Positions 1 through 24,499 of a DNA stretch of 42,682 bases are shown here, in pieces (position 1 is the first letter of the stretch; each line of letters opens with the position of its first letter). The stretch lies in the NCBI GenBank assembly GCA_910592345.1, contig CAJVPI010000205.1, positions 1 through 42,682 of the forward strand. The letters run 5' to 3'. The translations under genes and the position numbers were made by a program. The notes below the pieces were generated by a model. That model was not told the origin of the DNA and searched no databases. It worked only from the letters and a program-made list of their open reading frames with translations. This stretch comes from Paraglomus brasilianum. Taxonomy: Eukaryota.

Positions 1-170
1 TGAAAATTAAAATTAACAAGTCCATAAGTTATTATTATTATTATAAACAAGCAGCATTATTACTTTTCAAAACGTCACCACACTGGTCAATTTTAATGTT
101 CACTTTATCATACCAGAATAAACCATAATGTGATTAATATAGGATTATCTCTATATATAAAAATATTAAT

Positions 171-374
171 ATGAAACTAATTTACATTAAATCGACCATG
201 GAACCAAAGAATTACAGCACTATTAGAAGCATTCTAAAAAAAGCTCAAGGAGAAAAAATTGCCCCATACGTTTTTAAAATCAATGATACCCAAACACTCC
301 AGGACTATCTAGAGCAAGAAAAAATTACTTATGAAATTTATCAAGAAGAACGAAAAATAATAAACCATAAATGA
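171..374 (+). CDS. Small bacterial-style hypothetical protein (67 aa; ends at TAA 378-380 if TGA=Trp)
   Basis: Open ORF MKLIYIKSTMEPKNYSTIRSILKKAQGEKIAPYVFKIND..., intronless, followed within ~15 bp by the next ORF. Confidence 0.45.
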   Translation: MKLIYIKSTMEPKNYSTIRSILKKAQGEKIAPYVFKINDTQTLQDYLEQEKITYEIYQEERKIINHK

Positions 375-389
375 ACTTAACCCCAACTC

Positions 390-838
390 ATGATGAACCA
401 AGAAAAAAAAAACGAAAACTTGAAGAAAAGAAATAGCTGCTTTCTTTATTATTGTTGGATTACCATCAATAATCGAGACAAATTCCCATAATTCTTTGTA
501 TACTGCTCGAATAAAGTACTACAATTCTGACACAATTCATGACCAGCAAACAATTATCGTATTAGAAACATTGGGTGAGCGATGAAAATGAATTAAGGGA
601 ATAAATTTGTTGGGACTTTAGAAGACTACAATCGCCTTTGTTCATTTTGTATCAAAGACTGTTTGATCGACGATCAGAATTCGTAGTATAAAATAATCCG
701 ACCCGCACTCGTTTTCGTCTTAAAAAAATCAAATCACAAAATTTTTCCAACGTCAATATTGCAAACAATTTAACCTATAAGAAAATTCATTTTTGGGTCG
801 TTGATCGGACTTGTCTTCGGTCCTTTACTCACGACTAA
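390..838 (+). pseudogene. Frameshifted bacterial-style hypothetical gene with Cys motifs
   Basis: Protein-like pieces in successive frames: MMNQEKKNENLKKRNSCFLYYCWITINNRDKFP / KHWVSDENELRE / NKFVGTLEDYNRLCSFCIKDCLIDDQ / NNPTRTRFRL / KKIKSQNFSNVNIANNLTYKKIHFWVVDRTCLRSFTHD*. Joining them needs several 1-nt indels. Confidence 0.4.
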
Positions 839-1107
839 TCAATCCTATATTGTAACTCAAATGCTCAAAGCAACAATTCACGCAAGCAAAGATCCCCTAG
901 AGTAGTACCCACTATAACGTCTCGCAGTTCGGGTGTTAAAGCGGCGGGTCTACGATAGTACCGAATTTGCGAGAGTACACTTAACTATGTTTAAAAATAT
1001 TTATTATGGATGGATCATAGTTTGTCACCTTTTGTTGTTTCTGAAGTTAGGGGTATTGAAATATATTTCCGACCAATCCCTTTTAGTTTCTATTACCAAT
1101 TGGCATA

Positions 1108-1544
1108 TTATTTTTGGTTTTTTAGTTCTTGTAAAATTTCAGTCAATAACTGATTAGTTTTTAACTGGTTTTGATTAAATTCTTTGATTTGGTTAATTAA
1201 GGATTGCTTACTTCTGAGGAAAAAGCAAAAGTGAAAAATAATAATGGAATATCTAGCAAAAATTACTGGTAATGAGGAGATTTCCCGCAATGATTATCAA
1301 TCCTTACCAATTCAGAAGGATGGCTGGTCTGATTGGGGGTTGTCGGGAGGCAGAGTTGGCTTTTTTTCCTCCCGTAATGGCTTACTATTGCTAGTTTTGA
1401 TTAAACTATTTCTGTAAATTATGAGACCACTTCCAACTAATAAAAAAAACAATAAATATTCCACTAACTACTAATAAATATGTTTGTTTTTTTGTTGTTT
1501 TTTTTTGTTTTTTGTTTTTTTTTTGAGAACCTAGATTTATCCAT
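1108..1544 (-). pseudogene. Frameshifted bacterial-style membrane protein (Lys-rich N-terminus, TM segment, coiled-coil tail)
   Basis: Minus strand reads MDKSRFSKKK... then KQTYLLVVSGIFIVF / LLVGSGLIIYRNSLIKTSNSKPLREEKK and ends ...SKQSLINQIKEFNQNQLKTNQLLTEILQELKNQK*; frames switch at homopolymers. Confidence 0.4.
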
Positions 1545-2609
1545 ATTTAATTTTTTTTATTCGCTTTTTTGGGTGTCTTACAAAAAATTTTCTCAGTCAA
1601 ATTAAAATCCCAAATCAGACAACCGCTCTGTGAGCGAAAGTATTATTTTAAATGTCAAATACTTATGGAAAGATTTTGAAATCTTTATCAAAAGACCTGA
1701 GCTGGACTCAGTTTTATTTAACAAAGTGATTATAAAATTCCACAAATCGTGCGAAAGAAAAAGCATCATTGCTTTTATTCTAAAAGACCTTCACCAACAA
1801 AATTCTCGAGAAAAGCGATCAAAGCGCTTAAAAATTGGGTAGATAAAGAAACGAGAAGTAAAATTGAATATGTTAATAATATTACCAATAATATTTCACT
1901 AGAGCGACCAAAGAAATAGGTTATACTCATCAATGGCTTTGGGTCCGAGTATTTTTCTCCCATGCAATCGCTCTAGTGAATCTTCAAATATATTTTATTT
2001 ACTTTGTTTTTTAAAGAAATAATAAAGTCAAGATGACAAAATATGTGTATCAGTTATTGTAAATATCTGATTATGTTAATCTTTTGCAATGTATATTCAA
2101 ATCTTTAATATTGTGCCAACTTAATGAAAACAAGATCCTCATCCATATCATTGTGCTGTCATATAGACTACAAATCACAAAAATAACGCCTGTTTATGGA
2201 GAACTAAACTGGCTTTGCTCAAGTTTTACTTTTTACAATATTTATTGCGTTTAGGGTGTTTGTTCGAAATGTAAGTAAATAGATGTTGTTTTACAGTCAC
2301 AGTGACTATAGGGGAGTGTGACTACATAGGAGGGTCACAGTATTTATTATTATGACGTAACTTTCATAGAGTGTCACAAAGTTTATATATAACGATAATT
2401 TATTATTATATTCACGTATATCAGTATACTAGTTCTTGTCTTAGCAACAAACATGAAGCCCAAAGCTAAACTAACCACTCTGAGGAACGCGGCAGAGTAA
2501 GGGGTATTCTTTTGGGCAAGCCAGTGAATGAACGTTTGGAGTATTTCGAAGGAGGAGATACGGAGATTGCTGCAGCACTCCGAACCCTCTTGCCGACAGC
2601 TTGTGACTC

Positions 2610-2890
2610 GGGCGTTGGGACATAGAGTAGTGTGTACATAGGATAGAGTAGCCGGAGAGTAGTGTTAATGTGTTTTATTCTATTAAATATTCCATACACA
2701 CTCTTATTGTTTGCACCTTGTAATGTTTATTTAATTTCCACTTTTTTATCATACCTTCTCTCTCCCATTTATCACAACCCCTTCACCTCTTATAAATATC
2801 GTTTTATTTCTTACATTTCACTATCTCTTTGTTTATCCATCTGTCCAGGGCGTTGGGGACATAGAGTAGTATGTACATAGAATAGAGTAG
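2610..2890 (+). repeat. Dispersed ~42-bp direct repeat (2610-2651 and 2848-2890)
   Basis: GGGCGTTGGG(G)ACATAGAGTAGT(G/A)TGTACATAG(G/A)ATAGAGTAG occurs twice. Confidence 0.85.
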
Positions 2891-2958
2891 ACATAAGATA
2901 GAATAGTACAGTGTGAGTTTCTTTGTATTATTGCTTATCAATTCAATACTTTATTTCA

Positions 2959-3345
2959 GGGAGAAGGCTTAAACATAAAATTGAAGATGATGCAGAAGTA
3001 TTCTTCAAGAGAATAAAGGAATCACTTTCTCCAAGTAATCTTGCAAAGCAAAGAATTGGCAACATGGAACAAAGTTTGAATGCAATCTATTTGAATCATT
3101 GTCCAGCTGATGCCTCTGGAAATTCTGTCAGCCTTCAACATCATATCTTTGTGACCTTCCTTGATGACTGCGAGACAATAACACCAGAAGATGTTGACTA
3201 TGCCTTTGTCAGGGCAGCAGCTGAATCAATGTCAATGGTACATGCCAACGAAGATGCGAGGAGAGAGGCATTCAAGACATTGTATTGAGATCACTACAAT
3301 ATCAGCCTTAACCAGTACACAAACAGGAAGTTACATGCCTCAGTT
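2959..3345 (+). pseudogene. Crinkler-like (CRN nuclease/kinase-associated) gene fragment
   Basis: After a tttcAG acceptor: SPSNLAK...AIYLNHCPADASGNSVSLQHHIFVTFLDDCETITPEDVDYAFV...MSMVHANEDARREAF. This resembles the SPS..AK / NHRP / SL.H.IF..F.DDC / MS...E..R...F pattern of fungal CRN-like proteins. In-frame TGA at 3286-3288 and truncation near 3345. Confidence 0.55.
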
Positions 3346-5254
3346 ACATGTTAACGCGTCGCAATAAAAATGTCTAACACTATAAAACACAAATATTTTA
3401 AACGAAAGTGTAAGTGATTGGAACTGTTCCAGTTAAAAATAGGTCTGTATTTAAACAGTCTTGAAAACATTAATGTCCATGGGCAAGGATATGGATGTCT
3501 TTTTGTATGTGATGACTGGTATTGCGCTTTAATGTGCAGAGAAATCATTGACCTCAATTATTTTATTCATTAGTGGAGAGGTGGCCTTGTTTGCATCTGC
3601 TGAAGACTTTGACTTGAGGAAAAGTGATGCTGAAAGCCGTAGCGTCAGCCGGAAAATTGATATCGTTTGGTCAACGAAGCCACCTGGAATTTGCGATCGG
3701 CGAAATTAGCGGTCCACCCAATCAACATCAGCATTCACATTTTTTCGAGGATAAAATTAAAATTGCAAAAATGTTAAAAATCATGCTCGACAGGATCGTG
3801 CAGATACACGGTGGCACTTGTGCTAATATCAATATGTTAAAACTTTACGGTTTACAATTTTATGGTGAGTATTTTCGATTTTATTAAGGTATCATTAGTT
3901 TACAAATATTTTGTTGTTTTACAGTTAAAGTCTCATTATTTAGACAAATGAATTCCGTAATTTCGTGGACGAGAGTTATTTGAAAACACGAGTCAATAAT
4001 ACAACAAAATTCGTATGGGACTATCTGAACGTTCTGTAAGAATCAAGGATCATTCTAATATATGTGTTTCTTCGACTTTTCTCATGCTCGATTTTTTCTT
4101 TTTCTTAGCGTCGAGTCGTTTGAACGAGACAACGACCTTACAAATTACAATTTGTCCGAGTTTGGATATCGCGAAATATTTTACCCCCTGATCCGTAGTC
4201 TTTTCCGTGGTACACGCCGGGAAATGAATATTTATTTGTAGGTATATTGCGATGTAAAATTTTTTGATATCAACAAAACTGTAATGTACCGGATGTACCT
4301 TCACCTAGTGGGGAGGAATGTTTGTTTGCTTCCGTAATCGGGAAAAAAAGATGGCGAAGACCGTAATTCTGGCCGCAAAATCGATATTATATGGTCTATG
4401 AAGCTAACCGATCTGGAATTCAGGATAAATTAAAATCGCGAAGGTGTTAAAAGTTATCATAAATAGGAACGGGCATGGATTTGAGTTTAGTAAAGTTGTA
4501 TGGCTTACATGTTTATTGTAGGTATTGCCAACTTTGAAAATTGTCAATATTATATATAAAACTGACATTCTCCTCTTACAGATAATTGTGTACGAGATGT
4601 CGATTCCGTTTCGCGGATTGTACATTTTTTGTGAAGTTATACGATCGAAATTGCCCACGAATGAAGTTGGGATCGGTTTGATATTACGATCTGTGTCGGT
4701 GTTCCTTAAATTCAAGGTTTGCTTTTACCGACGCACGCATGTGTCGTGCCGACTACTGCGGGAGAGCAGAAAGTAATCGACACTGGGATTTAACTAGTCT
4801 CGACGGAGCGTGGCTGCCTCCTATTCAAGTTAAAATGTCTAGGGTACAGTTAGTGATAGTTTAATAAAGCGTATTGTATTATAAAATGGTTAAAAACTTT
4901 GTGTATGTCGAAGTATCTTGTAAAAACCCTCAAAAATGACATTAAAATAGTCAGTATGCAAGCATTGTATGTTTTATAGTCATGTGTTTAAAAATACATA
5001 AAAATAAAACATGTTAACTTTATTTGCCATGCATTCTCATCTGTGTAATTTCCGCTATACAGATTTTGTGTAACATATCACCTGTTCGGATATGTCCAGT
5101 GACCGTTAATAAAACTGATAGATTTTCTGATTCGAATGATATATAATTTATTAAAATTTTATTAGTAAGTTGTCGCAGCATAGCCCATCGAAGTTAACGG
5201 GTTTTATACGGTATGGTGTTACACCAAGATTTGAGTCGATACTTTTTGCCGGTG

Positions 5255-5705
5255 AGTGTATGTCTTTCCATGCGTAATTGTTTGTTAGCTGCTTAAGACC
5301 AGTAATGGCTTCTCCAATTACTAGTTCGCTCACAGAACCACTCTCACCATGCATTCGAATTTGCTTTAAATTATGTCGTTTTTTAAATTGACGAAGCCAT
5401 CCATTTGAAAATGTAATTACCTCCATAAAACCACACCATGAATAGTAACCAGATAGTCTGCAGTATCTCTCAAAGGCTGTAATATTCGTATCAGAATGAT
5501 TTGCAAAAGACCGTGCCTTTTCTACAATTGGTATTCGCCCTTGAGCTCGCAGTCACCATTCCTCGCTTGTGCGATTCATCTATACCCAAGAACTCACTTG
5601 ATCGCTTCAGCAATCGAGATATCGATTTTCACTTTTAACGTCTGTTCACACCATTCAACAAGATCCTTTTGGGAATATTTGGGTTATTCTGCCTTTTCAA
5701 GTAAA
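5255..5705 (-). mobile_element. Degenerate pogo/Tigger (CENP-B-like HTH) transposase relic
   Basis: FSNGWLRQFKKRHNLKQIRMHGESGSV...LKQLTNNYAWKDI is the HTH_Tnp_Tc5 signature. Upstream piece PKYSQKDLVEWCEQTLKVKIDIS resembles the N-terminal HTH. Stops/frameshifts present, DDE domain missing, possible decayed TIR near 6040-6085. Confidence 0.85.
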
Positions 5706-6711
5706 TTTCACGTCTTTGAATATTTGTCTATCCAATCAATTGCATTTGCTCCATATCATGTGACTATCCTCTAAATGCATAACTGCATAAAATTCGACAG
5801 GTAAGGAATACATTTAGAGGAGTTTGACTATACTTTAAAAAAGCTTATTGACTACAACTGCTTGTCTTGGTATTGACCTTACCATTTTATCAGTAAATTT
5901 GCACACCGTTTCCTCCATCATATGACAGCTGCGGAGGAGACTAACTTTTGGAAAACCGCGCTTGCTTACGGCAAAATAGCAATTTAAAAAAGAATTTCAT
6001 ATGAAAGCAATGTTATAGCTATTTAGCCTAACATCAGATGGGTGGTTTAATAAGAAATTCATTCTTATTCAACGTTTCATTTGAGTGTAATTTACTGTTT
6101 ATACCATTAATGACAAAAGATTACTATGCGATTTTACAAAATGATCGATGTGATTATACGGAAAGCGTCAATTTACACGTATATGGCAGTGTAATTTTGC
6201 AAGACCAGTGACAATGGTGCGCAAAAATATTATTATGTCACTGTGACGCTTCTCACGTTCCCAGTCTCGCCTCTTCGCCTTCAAGTTTCCCCTTCGCAGC
6301 ACGTTCAATATCTGTCGCATTCTTCGTTATTGTCTGACTATTAATGGAACGGTTGTGGCGTTAACGATTAAAACAATTTGTCAACCAACTGGTTGGAATA
6401 TCAACATCGTGCCAAAATGACACGATTTATTAATTCAATATGCGCAGCATCAAATGTTGGATACGTAACCAGGAATGATGTCACCGTTTGTATACGCCTA
6501 CATTCTTTGCCTTATTAGGACACTTACGACGCTCATCCTTTATCACCAAAGATCCAGTGCTGCCTTTACTCGCAAGGGTTGGGAAACTAATTCTTCAAAT
6601 CCAATACAAATCCATCCTATCAAAACGCGCATAAAATATCCTAGTTCAAGAAACCCCCCTTCTTTCTACATACGATATTAACACTAGTCTGCTCGATCAG
6701 TCATAATAATA

Positions 6712-19784
<13,073 letters not shown>

Positions 19785-21103
19785 TAGTAATATACAAAAA
19801 ATATCGATTAGAATTTTATGGACATTTGGTTCTGTTTCTTTTGATAATGTAGAAAGATTAAAATTCTCATTTTCCTTGCCTGTGTAGCATTAGTCATATA
19901 TTCTTTTTTACCTGCAATTTATTTAGTTTGTAACTTGTATATTTCACTTTATCAATGAATATTTTCTATACAATAAACTATACTTTTCTCTACTAGTAAA
20001 AGAAATACTGGTCTATGAATTTATGATCTATTCGTAATTCACTATCCTATCAGTTTCTCACTGATTGCGCATAACATTATAAATATTCCAATGCTTAATT
20101 TTGCGGCTGTGCTTTAGGTCGTTGTATAATGTTTTCAGTGACCTCACGTATGTTTTTCTCCTAATATCAAGAGATTTCTAACTTAGAAATTATTTGGATA
20201 ATGAGGAATCCAATTTCATTGCTACAACTGGGAAAGTAAAATCAACAATTCGAGAATTTTATTTATAAATAATTATATATAAAAAAGAAATACATCTTTC
20301 TATTCCTAATAATCTCGTTTCTTTAATTCCCAATTTTCCCGTTCCATTTCTTCTCTCCACCTTTGTATTTCTCCCGTTCCATTTCTTCCCTACAACCAAA
20401 TCAATTTCTTCCCTTGTTCAATTACCTCGAGATACCAAGGCACTGATAAATTATAAATATCCAGCATCACAGGTTGGATGTGAGATGTAGTCCCTGATGG
20501 AATAAGTATTTGTAGGGCGAGAAAAGAGCTATCGTATGGCGTAAGACCAATTATTTCAAACTTTGTATTAATGGATATCAGACAGACAACGTAGCTGTGT
20601 CTTTGTCAAAGTAACAGAGATTTAAGAAAGGTTATATTTCGTTCTAGTGGCATTGCGGCAAAGTAGGAATCGTAACTCTTTTTTAATGCCTTCGGCTTTA
20701 TGATTTTTTGTTGCAAGCGAAAGAAAGTTCGGCTTTGTCCGTGTTGATTAGCCGTTATCCATTGTAACTTTTTCCTTCTGCTTTCAAGACCGTTTCGTTC
20801 GGAGTGTTTCCTGTTGCTACTGGCGTTATATCGTTCAAAATTGGAAAGCTTGTTCTATATTCTTTAGCTTTATTGTACTATGTCACATATCTTTTTTTTT
20901 TTTTTTGGACCAACGAGGTTGGCATATGCAGAAAAGATCTTTCTTTAAACATTTGACGCCTATGACACGGAGGGGGGCTGAATAATGGTTAGTCTGTCCG
21001 TCAGGTGTATACTAAAAGAAGAGATTTCTGTCATGTAACAGTAATTAAGCTATCAACATACGACACATTTTTTAGTTTTATGAATTAAATAACAGTAAGG
21101 GTT

Positions 21104-21172
21104 TTTTATCGTCTTGACCTAACATGCTAATGTCTTTTATCGTCTTGACCTAACACGCTAATGTTTTTTATC
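21104..21172. repeat. 31-bp tandem duplication (~2.2 copies) overlapping the bestrophin stop codon
   Basis: TTTTATCGTCTTGACCTAACA(T/C)GCTAATGT repeated with period 31. Confidence 0.9.
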
Positions 21173-22662
21173 AACTTCTTCTATTTTGATCTCAATCGAA
21201 TTCTTTTTGATTTCGCTCTCTTTCTTTTCATCTGGGCCCAAGAGTGAGCGAACTTCCTCCTTCGACAATCTACGTGCTTCTTCAGCATTCACTTTATCAG
21301 CACCGAATGGATGATTCTTTTTTGTGAATATCCATTCACTGGGGACAGGCGGTTTGTTGGATGTTATTATATTTAGTTCACGTCTGATTAGGCTGGGAAA
21401 GATTCGAAGTAAATTATATTAGATCAATTATTATTCAAGCGCATCTTTCAATGTCATCTTAAAATTCACCAATACTTACGCGCAAAAGTCATCTAAATTC
21501 AAGTCATTCTCATCGTAACCAAACGGATTCTCAATCTCTCCACCAATATGTTCGATACCAAACAAGACAAACGAAGCAAGAAATACCAGAGGAATATTGG
21601 CCCAACCCAACAGGCTTACAAATTGGAACGGTAGACTGAGACAGTAGATCCACACTGTCTGTGATAAATGGATAGCATACGCGACAGGAATAGGCGATCG
21701 TAGAATTCTCTCAAAGTGTGTCAAACACTCGGTCAGTTGTGCAAGGCCTGCACCCAACGCGTTGGCAGTAGGAACGCTGATACGCTCTTCTTTGAACTTT
21801 TCATCGAAATAGCTAGCGAGATAAAGCAGAATTTCGAGCGGCAGGTTATGGTTGACTGGTGCTGCATCACCCTTCCTTCTCTCATGTGGCTTGCGGTCTT
21901 TCCCTAACATTTTTTTCCAAGAATTGGATTTAGCGCCTTCATGCAAATGGACCGAGGCCTTGTCTTGCTCATCAAGCGGCTCGAATCCAGGTAATCGAGT
22001 TTCGATATTCGAGATGACATCTGCAACGTCTTTCGAATCGACAGGATTCTCTTCCCTGAGGTAGTGTTTGGTTGCAAGGGCAAAACCAATGAGGAGATTT
22101 ATTACAGTTTTCTTTTCAACGACTATGGCATTTCTTTCTTCATCCGTATTGCCATTCTCTTTGATGCTTATCCATACTGATCGGGCTAGGTTACGCACTG
22201 CAATTGTCAGATTTGACCAAAGGCGACGACCTTCCCAGTACCTAACATTGCAAAATTTTGGTGATGTCAATAAGCGGGGCGAAGGAGAGGATGGGCACAA
22301 GCGTTAGCTGTTTATCAAGTTCTCGACTAGGGGGTAATTAATGTCTATCCATCCATAATTGGTTAATTCTTCAAAAAGCAGAATTTCCTTCTTCCCCACA
22401 AAAAAACCAAAACTTGCCTATCGTATGCTGTGTTTGTGCGATAAGTTAATAGCAAAGCAACGACAAAACCAAGGATAGGGATAAGCGATTGGGGTATGCT
22501 CAGTTTAATACTGGTAAGTTTGTGAATGCAAGTGACTGCAACTGCGACGAGAAGACAGAGAACGGCTGAAGGGAGGACCCGCGGGATGACTGAGCCCCGC
22601 CATTGTAGTGAATGAGGTCTATGGTATGCATAGGGATTGTATTCACCATCGGATTTTGGCAT
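21158..22662 (-). CDS. Bestrophin-like / UPF0187 (YneE/VCCN family) anion channel, 3 exons
   Basis: Exons 22662-22418, 22241-21480, 21392-21158. Family motifs LLLTYRTNTAYDRYWEGRRLW, ERILRSPIPVAYAIHL, GIEHIGGEIENPFGYDENDLNLDDFC. Intron 1 is GC-AG, intron 2 GT-AG. Confidence 0.93.
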
Positions 22663-24499
22663 TATTTAGACGGGTTGTGTTGTATGGAATTATTCGTGGA
22701 ATTATTCGTAGTATCAGTATGTGTGCATGTAATGTGAATTCTTTTGATATTTTTTGTGTGTGGGGAATATTTATATATGCATTCGAGGGAACGAACAGTA
22801 AAACTGGCTAAAATAGGCAATCGTGTTTGTGTCTGAGTTTATCTTGCCCATAGGATTCTGATACAGTTAAGGACAATGCGAGTGTTGGGACAACAATAAT
22901 CTATCCTTAGAGGTTGAACGTTAACCTGTTGTGAAACACGTTAACAGCGAAACATAAAAAAGGTCCTTATAACGACAGTGCAACGGTAGAAACCTTGCTA
23001 ACTCTTCCGTCCCAAATTAATATGCAGTATAACATTGGTGTATGATAGATAGTTCAATGATTTTCGAAATTACAATGCATCTCCTTGATAGAAATAGAGA
23101 TGAATAGGGAAGAGGCAGTACGTCCGACTACTGCGTAACGATGGAATGAGCGATTATTATAATATCCGAACACTCTTTACGCAACGAGAAACATGAAACG
23201 ACCTCTCATGACGATGGGACTTGCACGCTTGATGCGATTATACCAGAAGACAAATAGTAGTAATACACGGTCGGTTATTCCTGAACGCTAATCTGCGCTT
23301 TTACCGACAGTCTCCCCTCTTCCCATCGGCAGTCTCGAAACGCCAAAAAAGTTTTTTTGCCCAAATCGGAGATTATCGGCTCATGCTACACTGACTATTT
23401 TTATCGATTTCTATTGTACGCAGCAGTGTAGTGCAGTGTAGTGCAGGTGTTTTGCAGTCCACAAATGCATACAAGGCAGTTTGTGTTGTAGCTCAAAAAA
23501 TTTGTCCACCCTCGACCATTCAACCCAAAAAAGCAGAATTCCGTCGAACGGAAGTTTCGCAACAACGACAACAATACTTGCGTGCAAAAAGAGATTATAC
23601 TTATGAGGCAAGCGGAGGGTAGATAAGCGCTTTTCTTTTAATAACGATTATTAATCTTTATAAATTGTCCTGTCTGCTTTGTTCTCTTGAAGTTTGTGTG
23701 ACTTTTCCTTCTGACCCAATTGTGTTGAGTTCTGGGATTTGTGTTCGACGATATAATAGCAATCTTCTCATTTAATCAATATGACTGGAATTTATTGGAT
23801 TGATGTAGTATGACGGAATTTTCGGTCAGTATGTCTGGAGAGCAAAACATATTAATTGCATATTTGCGAGCAGTTTTAGCGTAATAATAAACGTCAATAT
23901 ATTCGTAAGCGATCCTCTGTCGCAAGATGTATACGCGCAATATTTTAAATCCAATTTGTTTAATACTAATGAAAAAAATATATATAACCAAACAAATCAA
24001 ACCACAACTCACCTTTCTCGGAATTGGTTATATTTTCAGATTCGTTTGATTAATTATTCGGCCGATGATCAATAGTATAATCCGTTAAGGTAACAGATGA
24101 TTGATTTTTATTAATAACATATTCACTAGTCATGAAAATAAATTTGACTCGGAGGAACAATAAATGGAGAGTACTTCAACAAAGTGAACATGTGACGTCA
24201 CTGGTTATTTTTAACAAGAGCTATCATTAATGCCGTTACGGCCATAGTTACTAATGCGGCAGGAATTAACCACAGTGGGGAAATCCGGCTAGTGGATTCT
24301 TTTTTCATCCCTCTAATTCCGAGAGCCGCTATTTCTTGCTCTTTGGTAGCTAAATCTTTTTGCAAGCTGTGTAATTATTGGTCATTATTCTTACGTCAAA
24401 CTTTGGCGTAGCCTTTGTTTAAAAGCAATCCTTTCATTTTCAAAAGCACCGATAAATTTATTAATGTCAGATTTAACAGTTCCTTATTCACCATCTACT

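Larger units (their letters stand above)
1..1620. other. Bacterial-style (Mollicutes-related endobacterium-like) AT-rich segment with tightly packed, frameshifted short ORFs
   Basis: Very AT-rich, no recognisable spliceosomal introns, short Lys/Asn/Ile-rich ORFs that abut each other (171-374, ~390-838 on +; ~1544-1108 on -), long A/T homopolymers. Composition differs from the rest of the window. MRE origin is inferred from style and host group; the right boundary is approximate. Confidence 0.55.

Noticed and set aside
894..910. Minus-strand GGGTACTACTCTAGGGG resembling a pMV158-family rolling-circle nick site (TACTACG/AC)
   Set aside because: Core diverges after TACTAC, the flanks do not form the G/C stem and no Rep gene is visible.
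3600..4780. Short ORFs and splice-like signals suggesting a gene
   Set aside because: No coherent exon chain or recognisable motif; probably a decayed repeat.
4785..4852. Short GC hairpin followed by CTAG as a Helitron 3' end
   Set aside because: Stem is only 4-6 bp and imperfect; no Helitron coding remnants or 5' end could be supported.
20290..20420. Duplicated CCCGTTCCATTTCTTC motif, reading EMERE-like on the minus strand
   Set aside because: Too short and frameshifted to assign; only two copies.
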